A stretch of 64,000 nt of DNA from Prevotella sp. (GTDB lineage: Bacteria; Bacteroidota; Bacteroidia; Bacteroidales; Dysgonomonadaceae): the NCBI GenBank assembly GCA_031285625.1, contig JAITVV010000018.1:25488-89487 (forward strand), written 5' to 3'. The notes beneath the pieces were generated by a model, which was not told the DNA's origin, ran no database searches, and saw only the letters and a list, made by a program, of their open reading frames with translations. The stretch's first letter is position 1, and every line of letters begins with the position of its first letter. Positions 55,226-64,000 of this stretch are shown here, one piece after another. A program made the translations under genes and the position numbers.

Positions 55226-55693
55226 ATGAGTGTAGAAGGACTTAGCCATTTAGGTGGAAAAACAGAGTATAAAGATGATTATGCACCTGAAGTACTCGAA
55301 GCATTTGAAAACAAACATCAGGGAAACGATTATTGGGTAACATTCAATTGCCCTGAGTTTACCAGTTTATGCCCGATAACCGGACAACCGGATTTTGCTA
55401 CTATTCACATCAACTATATTCCTGATGTGAAGATGGTAGAAAGTAAAAGCCTAAAGTTGTATATGTTTAGTTTCCGTAATCATGGAGCCTTTCATGAAGA
55501 CTGTGTAAATATCATTATGAAAGATTTGGTTAATTTGATGGATCCAAAATATATCGAAGTGGTGGGTTTATTTACCCCACGGGGTGGAATCAGTATCTAT
55601 CCATTTTGTAATTATGGACGTCCGGGAACTAAATACGAAATGGCGGCGAAAGAGCGTCTCCTGAAACACAATCCACAGCAACTCTATAAGTGA
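55226..55693 (+). CDS. queF: NADPH-dependent preQ0 reductase (unimodular)
   Basis: [34 protein letters not shown]. Confidence 0.97.
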   Translation: MSVEGLSHLGGKTEYKDDYAPEVLEAFENKHQGNDYWVTFNCPEFTSLCPITGQPDFATIHINYIPDVKMVESKSLKLYMFSFRNHGAFHEDCVNIIMKDLVNLMDPKYIEVVGLFTPRGGISIYPFCNYGRPGTKYEMAAKERLLKHNPQQLYK

Positions 55694-55730
55694 TAGAGAT
55701 AATTTGATATTGTTTTGCAGCACAAACCTT

Positions 55731-56252
55731 ATGAGTATAAAAACTAAATACATTTCTGATTATGATCATTATGAGTTGGTCTTGAGGAATGTATTAGCTG
55801 TCAAAAAACAATTATGGATTGGTACTGCCGATATCAAAGATTTGTATTTTAAACAAGGGACAAATAGTGTTCCGTTCCTTAAAATTCTATCTAATCTTAT
55901 CCAGCGGGGTGTTGAAATCCGCCTGATTCATGCAAAAGAACCCGGACCGAACTTTAAAGCTGATTTTGATAAATACCCATTGTTGAATCATGGGCTTGAA
56001 CGGGCGCTTTGTCCACGTGTCCACTTCAAAATGATGATATTTGACCTGCAAACAGTCTATATTGGTTCTGCAAACTTAACAGGGGCGGGGATTGGAATGA
56101 AGAGTGTCGATACCCGTAACTTCGAAACAGGTATTCTCACTTCTGATCCGGTATTATTAGATGGTGCAATATCACAATTCGATTCTGTTTGGATTGGTCG
56201 TTTCTGTAATAAATGTAAACGGAAAAAATACTGTGGAGACCGTATAAAATGA
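55731..56252 (+). CDS. phospholipase D-like (single HKD) domain protein
   Basis: VHFKMMIFD (HxKxxxxD), YIGSANLT, NFETG, C-terminal CxxCxxxxxC. Confidence 0.85.
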   Translation: MSIKTKYISDYDHYELVLRNVLAVKKQLWIGTADIKDLYFKQGTNSVPFLKILSNLIQRGVEIRLIHAKEPGPNFKADFDKYPLLNHGLERALCPRVHFKMMIFDLQTVYIGSANLTGAGIGMKSVDTRNFETGILTSDPVLLDGAISQFDSVWIGRFCNKCKRKKYCGDRIK

Positions 56253-56262
56253 TTTAATTCTC

Positions 56263-57636
56263 TTACCCGATTTTCGGACGTTTCTTTTCTATTCTTCGAT
56301 ATACGATAGCAAACCATGTAGGTAAGATTATACCTTTACATATTGTTGATATAGCTATAGCCCACCATACACCTGTTATACCCATTTGTGAAGCCAGATA
56401 ATAAGCCAAAGGTATACGTAAAGCATTAAATGTAATGCTGATTACGGCCGGCTCTATAGTGCGTCCGATACCATTGAACATGCCTTGTGTAGTAAGTTCA
56501 AACATCATAAAAATCTGCACCAGTCCCATAACAAATAAATATTCAGCTCCGGCTCTCATTGCATTTTCTTCTGGTATAATAATTCCGAATATCTGTGCAC
56601 CAAAGAGAATGAAGGAGATGCTTACAATAACTCCCAATATAAGCATAACCCGAATGGTGTAGATATAGGCTTTTTTGCCTCTCTCAATCTTGTTTGCTGC
56701 ATAGTTCTGCGCCACAAAAGCACTAAGAGCTGTAGAAAAACCTTGTGATGTATTCCAGGTAACAGCCTCTATTTGTCCGCCTGTTGTTTGTGCCATCATT
56801 CCCAGATGACCTCCATGAATTGAGGCAACCCGCGCCAGGTTCATGTTTATGATTGCATATAGAGAGTTCATTACGGAAACCGGAGTTCCCAGAAAGAAAA
56901 TGCGTTTTAAATAAATTCCTTTAGGCTTAATGAAGAACTTGAAATTTCCAAGTATGCGGCTTCCGAATTTGATCTGATAGAAGAATAATGAAAAAACAAA
57001 TAGTTGAGCAGCAACTGTTCCAATAGCAGCACCATGAAGCCCCAATCCCATGACAAACATTAATATAGGGTCTAGTATCATATTGAGGACTAATCCTGCA
57101 GCATTATTACGAAAAGGAACAATACTGCGTCCCGCACCATTATATATCCCAGTGAAGTTATAAGACAGGAACTGGAAAGGAAGGCTTATAGTCAATATGC
57201 GTAAATATAGTGCTGCATCGGCTGTAATATCCGCTTCCAGTTTGAAAAAAGTTAGTATCGGAGTAGCAAAGATAAATAAGGTAGAAACCCATATTATGCT
57301 TAATACAATAGAAGTTGTGGTAGAATGGGAAGCATAAATCGCAGCACGCTTCATTTTTTTGGCCCCTATTGATTGTCCTACAGCTACCTCGGCTCCTATC
57401 ATAGCCAGATAGGCTACAGATGAGGTAAGCCACAAAAGCATTCCTATAGCGCCGATTGCCGCTTCTGACTTTGTTGCTATTTCGGGATGGGAGACTGTCC
57501 CGAGACGACCTACCCACGACATAGCCATTAAGGTATATGCCATCTGCAGAAAGCTTGTTCCCATCAATGGTAGTGCAAGGCGAATAAGGGTGGAAAATAT
57601 TTTACCCTCCGTAAGATTGTGGATGCCCGATTTCAC
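56263..57636 (-). CDS. MATE family efflux transporter
   Basis: LTEG.I...LIRLALP, ~12 TM, LNMILDP...G..GAAIGT; GTG start. Confidence 0.92.
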   Translation of the reverse strand: MKSGIHNLTEGKIFSTLIRLALPLMGTSFLQMAYTLMAMSWVGRLGTVSHPEIATKSEAAIGAIGMLLWLTSSVAYLAMIGAEVAVGQSIGAKKMKRAAIYASHSTTTSIVLSIIWVSTLFIFATPILTFFKLEADITADAALYLRILTISLPFQFLSYNFTGIYNGAGRSIVPFRNNAAGLVLNMILDPILMFVMGLGLHGAAIGTVAAQLFVFSLFFYQIKFGSRILGNFKFFIKPKGIYLKRIFFLGTPVSVMNSLYAIINMNLARVASIHGGHLGMMAQTTGGQIEAVTWNTSQGFSTALSAFVAQNYAANKIERGKKAYIYTIRVMLILGVIVSISFILFGAQIFGIIIPEENAMRAGAEYLFVMGLVQIFMMFELTTQGMFNGIGRTIEPAVISITFNALRIPLAYYLASQMGITGVWWAIAISTICKGIILPTWFAIVYRRIEKKRPKIG

Positions 57637-57645
57637 TTGTGTAAT

Positions 57646-58965
57646 CTATAAGTTTTTGAGAAGCTCATCTCCGTTTTGACTATCTGTAAGATCCTTTATT
57701 TCGAGGATTGTATCCCATTCTTTCCTAAATTCAATATCTGTATCGATCATAAAATCTTCGGAACCATGCTTTTCTATCTTCTCAAACAAATAACTTACTG
57801 TAATATGGTTTATATCTATCGCCGGAATATATGCAGGGACCAGAGCGTCTTCCGACGGAGTTTCGACGATCATTCCTACCTCCTGTAAATAGAAAAGTGT
57901 ATCACTTGTCAATTTTGTAGGGATTTTATAGTGTTCTGATAATTCATCGGCTGTATATGGTGTGTGACCTTTCTGAAATCGTTTGACGATAAGAGTCATG
58001 ATCAAAAGAGTAATAAAATCTTTATAACGTCTGCTTATACTTGATGTTTCGTGTTCGAAGCTGAATTTATTTACATTTTGGAATGCAAATGATAATTGCA
58101 CACCAAAGAGGACGAAGAACCATGTCAATTGCAACCACAATAATAATAACGGCAAAGCGGCGAAACTACCATATATGGCATTATACTTGGATATCCAGAT
58201 CTGTCCGCTGATATACAACATCTGGAAAACCTGAAAAGCGATACCGGTGAATATACCTCCGAACAAGGCGCTCCTGAATTTAACCTTCGTGTTAGGAATG
58301 TATATATACAATATGGTAAAAAGCAATATGGTTATAAGGAAAGGGACTACTTTCATAAATGGTCCTAATACCAGCCCTAAAATATATTGCTCTTCAGCTG
58401 TCGTACTTAATAGTATATTAACTCCTGCATTACAAATAAGGAAGATAGGTGCGATAATGATCAGGGCAAGATAATCTGTGAACATACGAAAATATGTACG
58501 CCCATTTTTTATCTGCCACATCCTGTTGAAATTATCCTCTATATTAGAAAGCAGATTGATAACCGTATACATGAGTAATATAACACCAATACCGAGAAAT
58601 ATTCCACCTTGTGCGTATTCTATAGATTTATCGATAAAAGCCGTAGCCTTATCCAATAGCTCTTCTTGTCCGGCAAAATAGCTAAATAGCTGAGTCTTTA
58701 CAATATTCTGAAATCCAAATCCACGGGCTATTGCAAATAATACAGCTAACAGGGGAACTATAGATAATAAGGTACTATATGTTAAGGCCGACGCACGGGT
58801 AAATAGTTGTGCGCCGTCGATGTTACGTATAGCCAGAATAAAAGACTTAATTATATTATATAATCCAATCTTGCGAGACGATCTGTCCCGTTTGTTTATA
58901 CGCCAGATATCGTAAGACAAAAAACGGATTATTCTTTTTACAAATTCTTTTATTTTCTCAATCAT
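57646..58965 (-). CDS. YihY/BrkB family inner-membrane protein with C-terminal HTH-like region
   Basis: ASALTYSTLLSIVPLL, IE..FN..W, Y.AIYGSFAALPL.LLWL. Confidence 0.9.
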   Translation of the reverse strand: MIEKIKEFVKRIIRFLSYDIWRINKRDRSSRKIGLYNIIKSFILAIRNIDGAQLFTRASALTYSTLLSIVPLLAVLFAIARGFGFQNIVKTQLFSYFAGQEELLDKATAFIDKSIEYAQGGIFLGIGVILLMYTVINLLSNIEDNFNRMWQIKNGRTYFRMFTDYLALIIIAPIFLICNAGVNILLSTTAEEQYILGLVLGPFMKVVPFLITILLFTILYIYIPNTKVKFRSALFGGIFTGIAFQVFQMLYISGQIWISKYNAIYGSFAALPLLLLWLQLTWFFVLFGVQLSFAFQNVNKFSFEHETSSISRRYKDFITLLIMTLIVKRFQKGHTPYTADELSEHYKIPTKLTSDTLFYLQEVGMIVETPSEDALVPAYIPAIDINHITVSYLFEKIEKHGSEDFMIDTDIEFRKEWDTILEIKDLTDSQNGDELLKNL

Positions 58966-59263
58966 ATAGCCTATTGATAATTAAATATCTGTGCTGTATT
59001 TGTAAAATAATAGATAGGTCATGAGACCTTATTTTATCCTAAATATTAGCAAAGATAGTTTGTTCTTTGTTATGGAAACGCATTTATTCTATGGAATGTT
59101 TAAAAATGACTTTGATTTAGAATTACAAAATTCAAAAAAGTAACAAAAGTAACACCTTTCAACTGATTATTATTGTTACTTTTTACTCACTACTGCTTTT
59201 ATCTAAAAAGTATCTATGTTTACTCATGAAGTCATCCAGTAATATTCTGAAACAAATACTCTC

Positions 59264-59331
59264 TTTGTCATTTTGAACGAAGTGAAAAATCTCTTGAAAA
59301 GCGAGATGCTTCCTGCCATCAGCATAACAAA
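59264..59331. repeat. REP-like palindromic repeat, copy 1
   Basis: TTTGTCATTTTGAACGAAGTGAAAAATCTC...GAGATGCTTCCTGCCATCAGCATAACAAA; similar to 63897-63977. Confidence 0.65.
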
Positions 59332-59463
59332 GGTATGGATGAGATCTTCATGTTACTTTTATACTATATGATAATTTGAACGATAATTCTTAAATTTGAT
59401 TAAACAACAAATAGTTATTCTTTCCCAATATGTATCTTGCAGCCTTTTAAAGATACACTATAA

Positions 59464-60618
59464 ATGATAGACCGGATATTTATATACTTACTGCCACTAA
59501 TAATAATTGCAGACACTTATATTTACAACTTGTTTATAAAGAAACTTACACAGAGTCTTACACTACGCATTCTCTGGTTTGTTCCTATCATACTGTTGAT
59601 GTTGGGTGTGTATCTGTTTATCTTTTCTGAAATAGGACGTGAGCACAGATCGGTATTTATGATTGTTTATATGACCATCGCAGTACCTAAAATTATATTC
59701 TTTGTTATATCACTGTTGGATCTGCCTCTGAGGTATTTCTTCAAATGGAAGATATATCCGTTTACAATATTGGGTATATTGTCCGGAATAGGAGTGATTT
59801 ATATTATCATCTACGGAACTACATTAGGACCTACACGCTTTGAAGTGAAAAATATAGATTTCTATTCTTCTAATTTACCGGACTCATTTGATGGATATAA
59901 AATTGTTCATATATCCGATTTGCATGTAGGTAAATGGGAGGGAGATAAAGTACCTTTAACCAAAATGGTTAGGCTAGTCAACGAACAGCATGCTGATGCT
60001 GTTATGATTACCGGGGACTTGGTACATACGTATGCTAAAGAACTCGATGGATTCGAACCTCTCCTTTCTGGTATAAAAGCTCCGGACGGGGTTTATTCAA
60101 TATTTGGTAATCATGATTATGGATTTATCAGATGGAAGAGTAAAGAAAGCAGGGCAGATAATTTAGAGAATCTGAAACAAAGACAGGCCAATATGGGCTG
60201 GACGCTTCTGCTAAATGGTCATACCTTCTTGCGAAAGGGAAATGATAGTATTGCTCTGATTGGTGTGGAAAATGAAGGTATGCCTCCTTTTCCACAGTAT
60301 GCTGATTTACCTAAAGCAATGAGAGGAACCGAAATCTCACCGTTCAAGATACTTTTGAGTCATGATCCTACTCATTGGCGTCGTGAGGTCTTAGGTACCG
60401 ATATCGATCTGATGCTGGCTGGACATACACATGGCACACAGTTTAAACTGGGACCTGTCTCTTTTGCTCCATTGTTATATGACGAATGGGCAGGGATGTA
60501 TAAAGAAGGTAAACAAGGCCTATATGTGAATGTTGGTGTTGGCTCTGTTGTTATTCCTTTCAGGTTCGGGACATGGCCTGAAATAACTGTTATTACATTG
60601 AAAAAAGAAAGACTTTGA
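59464..60618 (+). CDS. membrane-anchored metallophosphoesterase (YkuE-like)
   Basis: N-terminal TMs, ISDLH, TGDLV, GNHDY, LSHDP, AGHTHG. Confidence 0.92.
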   Translation: MIDRIFIYLLPLIIIADTYIYNLFIKKLTQSLTLRILWFVPIILLMLGVYLFIFSEIGREHRSVFMIVYMTIAVPKIIFFVISLLDLPLRYFFKWKIYPFTILGILSGIGVIYIIIYGTTLGPTRFEVKNIDFYSSNLPDSFDGYKIVHISDLHVGKWEGDKVPLTKMVRLVNEQHADAVMITGDLVHTYAKELDGFEPLLSGIKAPDGVYSIFGNHDYGFIRWKSKESRADNLENLKQRQANMGWTLLLNGHTFLRKGNDSIALIGVENEGMPPFPQYADLPKAMRGTEISPFKILLSHDPTHWRREVLGTDIDLMLAGHTHGTQFKLGPVSFAPLLYDEWAGMYKEGKQGLYVNVGVGSVVIPFRFGTWPEITVITLKKERL

Positions 60619-60620
60619 AC

Positions 60621-61346
60621 TTATCTTATCCGCATTAACGGCCTTGTCAAATCCGGTTTCTTCTCACTATTGAATTGAAATATGCTGTCCGCTTTTATCA
60701 TAAATTTCAACTTGTCTCCGGGTTCAAACAGTTGATTCTTTGATGTCTGTATTGTACAGTTTATTGTATCTCCATTGGTATCGAATTTGCCGGTTAACCG
60801 CTCATTTAATATAGAGCCTTCGATCTCATACAAGAAGTTATTGTTGTTATCGAAAGAAACAATTCCCATAGCAGCCCCCAGATAACCCTTATATTGTTTA
60901 GTTGCATCAAAGGATATTCTCGCTTCAGTTTGCTGTTGTTTCTGAGGAGTATTTTGGTTATCCAGCTCTTTCATTAAAGCATCAGAATATAGAAAAACTT
61001 CATTGTTCTTCAATACAGTAAACTCTCCAATACATATTTCAGACGCTAAGAATTTACCTGAGTATATTTTAATCTTTACGCGGGTGTCGGGTATCGGGTA
61101 TGTGCCGGGAATGGTAGATGGTAAGTTGTTAAGTATAAGCATTAAGTCCCTTATGCGACTTGTATTTGTTATGGACGTTGTATTTATAATGTCTTTTCGA
61201 AATGAAGAATCGAAATTCGAACAGCTAACAGGAGAAGGTGTCTCTGTACTCATAGGAACAGATAAAATCTCTATCTTGGTTATTTCCTGCGATAGGCAAT
61301 TTAACGAAAATGCTATAAATAGACTAAATAAAATGCTTAATTTCAT
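60621..61346 (-). CDS. hypothetical exported protein
   Basis: 241-aa ORF with signal peptide; no recognised motif. Confidence 0.6.
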   Translation of the reverse strand: MKLSILFSLFIAFSLNCLSQEITKIEILSVPMSTETPSPVSCSNFDSSFRKDIINTTSITNTSRIRDLMLILNNLPSTIPGTYPIPDTRVKIKIYSGKFLASEICIGEFTVLKNNEVFLYSDALMKELDNQNTPQKQQQTEARISFDATKQYKGYLGAAMGIVSFDNNNNFLYEIEGSILNERLTGKFDTNGDTINCTIQTSKNQLFEPGDKLKFMIKADSIFQFNSEKKPDLTRPLMRIR

Positions 61347-61444
61347 TTTTGATTCCTTGTAATTAATAATGTGCAGTCAAAGTTTGTTGTCTAAAGAAAA
61401 AATCGCTTCTTACGGCATCAAATTTAATAATAAATATACAAACA

Positions 61445-61478
61445 AACAATCCTGCCAATAAAAAACGACAGGATTGTT
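61445..61478 (-). terminator. terminator after ABC permease
   Basis: AACAATCCTG...CAGGATTGTT 10-bp stem followed by T-rich tract. Confidence 0.65.
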
Positions 61479-61507
61479 AATTTTATATTGTACTGTAACT
61501 TCAGACT

Positions 61508-62830
61508 TTATTTATATTTCAGCCACTTAAACATTTCGGCGAATGTGACTTTCTTTCCATACATTAATATACCCACCCTGTAAATCTTTGCAGCCAGTTT
61601 TACCATCAGTATGGCTGTTGTGAATAAAACGACTACCGATACGATCAGTTCCCATATAGGAATTTCGAACGGAGCACGGACCATCATTACTACCGGAGAT
61701 GTGAATGGTATAAGAGAACACCAGAATGCCAGAGAACCTTCAGGATTTCGTGCTGCGGCAAAACCTGTATAGAAAGCCAGTAGAAGTATTATTGTTAGAG
61801 GCATCATAAGTTGTTGTGCTTCCTGTGAATCATTCGCTGCCGAGCCAAACATAGCATAAAGCGATGAAAATAGAAGATATCCGCCTACAAAGTAAAGGAT
61901 GAGACAAATGCCTACCTGTAACCAGTTTATACTAAAGAATCCATTAAGAGAAGTTGCTAATTCCGGATTATTCTGCATCATGCTCATAGCCTGTTGGGTT
62001 TCAACAGAGTTGAGATCGATACTGCCCCCAAAGAATATCTGCAAGGCAACAATAGCACCTCCTCCTATAATAAGCCAGATAATGAGCTGTAAAAGCCCTA
62101 CCAGGCCTACTCCGACTATTTTCCCCATCATCAGATCGAAAGGGCGTACAGATGAAATAATGACTTCTATAATACGGTTAGTCTTTTCTTCCACCACACT
62201 TTGTACAACCATCTGCCCGTACATCATAATGAAGAAGAACATACAGAATGTGAGCGCCATGCCTGCAATGGAAGCAATATCCCCAAGGGTTTCCGTTTCC
62301 TTACCTGTTTCGTCCCAACGGATAGAACTGACATTGATCCTTTCTTTCGACTTTAACAAGTCTTGCAGTCCTGTCACTACCTGCGGATCGATATTGCTGA
62401 TTTTTGTGAAATCGTCTATCTTCTTTGCTTTTACAGCTTCTGTTAATACATCGTTTATGTAAGCAGTCAACTCACGTGGAGGCTGTTGTTTTTCAGAGTA
62501 AAATGTTACCATATTAGGGTTCAGGCTCAGATCGCCTCTTATTTCCAGCAAAGCTGTGCCCGTACTTTTTCCGCTTTGTTTTTCAGTATTCTCTGCCAAC
62601 TTGATGAACTCATAATTCTTTGATGATTCAAACAGGTTGAAATACATTCCAGAATCGTCTTTTACATATACCGTTTTTATATCATCATTGTCACTTACCA
62701 TCATAAGAACTGTAGGCAAAGCCGTTACAGCCAGAAATAGAAATGGGGTAAGTAATGTTGTCAGAATAAAAGCCTTTGTTTTTACTCTGGAAGAGAATTC
62801 TCTTTGTATAATTAATCCTAATGCTCTCAT
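61508..62830 (-). CDS. ABC-2 type transporter permease (NatB/YhaP-like)
   Basis: IIQREF, SVVEEKTNRIIEVIISSV.P..LMMGK, IPFTSPVVM, KIYRVGILMYG. Confidence 0.92.
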   Translation of the reverse strand: MRALGLIIQREFSSRVKTKAFILTTLLTPFLFLAVTALPTVLMMVSDNDDIKTVYVKDDSGMYFNLFESSKNYEFIKLAENTEKQSGKSTGTALLEIRGDLSLNPNMVTFYSEKQQPPRELTAYINDVLTEAVKAKKIDDFTKISNIDPQVVTGLQDLLKSKERINVSSIRWDETGKETETLGDIASIAGMALTFCMFFFIMMYGQMVVQSVVEEKTNRIIEVIISSVRPFDLMMGKIVGVGLVGLLQLIIWLIIGGGAIVALQIFFGGSIDLNSVETQQAMSMMQNNPELATSLNGFFSINWLQVGICLILYFVGGYLLFSSLYAMFGSAANDSQEAQQLMMPLTIILLLAFYTGFAAARNPEGSLAFWCSLIPFTSPVVMMVRAPFEIPIWELIVSVVVLFTTAILMVKLAAKIYRVGILMYGKKVTFAEMFKWLKYK

Positions 62831-63738
62831 TGTTCTTTCTGGGATACGATTTGTATAAAAATATCATTCATCGAAGGAAGTTCTTCTTCAAAAGTGAGGA
62901 CTTCATATTGCCGGGCTATCTCCTGTATCAATTCAGAATTTGATGCATCATCTGCCCGCTGTATACGAAGCTCTACTACATTGTTTGCTGTATTCTGAGA
63001 CAGAATGGAAAAATGTGGAGATTCCAGATCGAAACTATCCGCTGCAACCTGTAACTTAAAGATATATTTTCTATATCGGGCACGTATTTCTTTTACATTT
63101 CCGAATAATACAACTCTTGATTTATTGATAAGGGTAATTTCATCGCAAAGTTCTTCTACAGATTCCATATTATGTGTAGAAAGAATGATCGTCTTCCCCT
63201 TTGCCTTTAATTCTAACAGTTCGTTTTTCAATAGCTCAGCATTTACAGGGTCGAAGCCGCTAAAAGGTTCATCAAGGATATACAAATCCGGTTCGTGAAT
63301 CACTGTAGCTATAAACTGTATTTTTTGCTGCATCCCTTTTGAGAGTTCTTCCACCTTTTTATTCTCCCACGATAGTATATCAAATTTCTTTAGCCAATAT
63401 TGTGTTTTCTGATGGGCTTCTTCATTGGATAAGCCTCTTAGTTTTGCTAAAAAGATGATATGTTCCCCTATCTTCATCTTTTTATATAACCCTCTTTCCT
63501 CCGGTAGATAGCCTATGTTGAAAACGTCTTCGGCTGTAGATTCTTTACCGTTTAGAAAAACTTTACCTTCGTCGGGAGCTGTTATTCGATTGATAATGCG
63601 GATAAGGGATGATTTTCCGGCGCCATTCGGTCCGAGTAATCCGTAAATACATCCTTTAGGCACTTGCACACTCACTCCGTTAAGAGCGGTATGATTGCCA
63701 TATTGTTTTACAATATCCTGTGCTTCGAGATAATACAT
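62827..63738 (-). CDS. ABC transporter ATP-binding protein
   Basis: GPNGAGKS, YLPEERGLY, LSKGMQQK, ILDEPFSG.DP, STH. Confidence 0.95.
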   Translation of the reverse strand: MYYLEAQDIVKQYGNHTALNGVSVQVPKGCIYGLLGPNGAGKSSLIRIINRITAPDEGKVFLNGKESTAEDVFNIGYLPEERGLYKKMKIGEHIIFLAKLRGLSNEEAHQKTQYWLKKFDILSWENKKVEELSKGMQQKIQFIATVIHEPDLYILDEPFSGFDPVNAELLKNELLELKAKGKTIILSTHNMESVEELCDEITLINKSRVVLFGNVKEIRARYRKYIFKLQVAADSFDLESPHFSILSQNTANNVVELRIQRADDASNSELIQEIARQYEVLTFEEELPSMNDIFIQIVSQKEQ

Positions 63739-63896
63739 GCTTTATATTAATTTTATTTTTTACTTATTAGTCGTGATAAAAAGATAAAAATCACATTCAT
63801 TATTGAATAAAGAAAAACTCTACAGTATAAAAAGTGACAGAGGCGACAAAAGTAACATGTTTATGTATGTTTTTTATTGTTACTTTTTTCTCTTTG

Positions 63897-63977
63897 TTGT
63901 CATCCTGAGGAACGAAGGATCTCTTTCCTTTTTTCCTTGACAAATGGGTCGGGATGCTTCCTTCGTCAGCATGACAA
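63897..63977. repeat. REP-like palindromic repeat, copy 2
   Basis: TTGTCATCCTGAGGAACGAAGGATCTC...GGGATGCTTCCTTCGTCAGCATGACAA inverted repeat. Confidence 0.7.
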
Positions 63978-64000
63978 AGCCATCTGTAAGTAAACATGAA

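Noticed and set aside
54568-56252. Complete dpd (7-deazaguanine DNA modification) system
   Set aside because: No dpdA/tgt-like, dpdB or helicase genes; queC/queF look like housekeeping queuosine genes
63800-63997. 65-aa minus-strand ORF
   Set aside because: Consists of the palindromic and 9-mer repeats; not protein-like

Overview
AT-rich Bacteroidota chromosome segment (Bacteroidales; gene content and TAnnTTTG promoters suggest a Dysgonomonas/Parabacteroides-like organism, which is an inference). Left arm (1-21.5 kb) is housekeeping: bat-type moxR/DUF58 operon, pgk, ruvC-lipB, lpdA, nadK, pdxJ-tonB-DJ1-dedA, ndh, and a pflB-pflA-formate transporter operon lying under a clear cobalamin (B12) riboswitch. 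The middle ~32 kb (22.1-54.3 kb) is a block of three ECF-sigma/FecR-controlled SusC/SusD polysaccharide utilisation loci (GH3; GH2 + DUF3863-like; SGBP + GH29 + ricin-GH2 + GH92) that ends in mobile-element debris at a tRNA-Lys(CTT). In the third PUL, susC and susD are collapsed into one in-frame 242-aa chimera. All three PULs share an unannotated regulatory grammar: TAGGG-N16/17-YGTC ECF promoters, antisense promoters overlapping the susC start codon, reverse terminators and mini-ORFs. Right arm: queC-queF with a candidate variant preQ1 riboswitch, a PLD-family gene, MATE, YihY, metallophosphoesterase, an ABC-2 exporter and dispersed intergenic repeats. No CRISPR array, rRNA or intact integrase/transposase was seen. 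All product calls come from motif recognition by eye, with no database searches.
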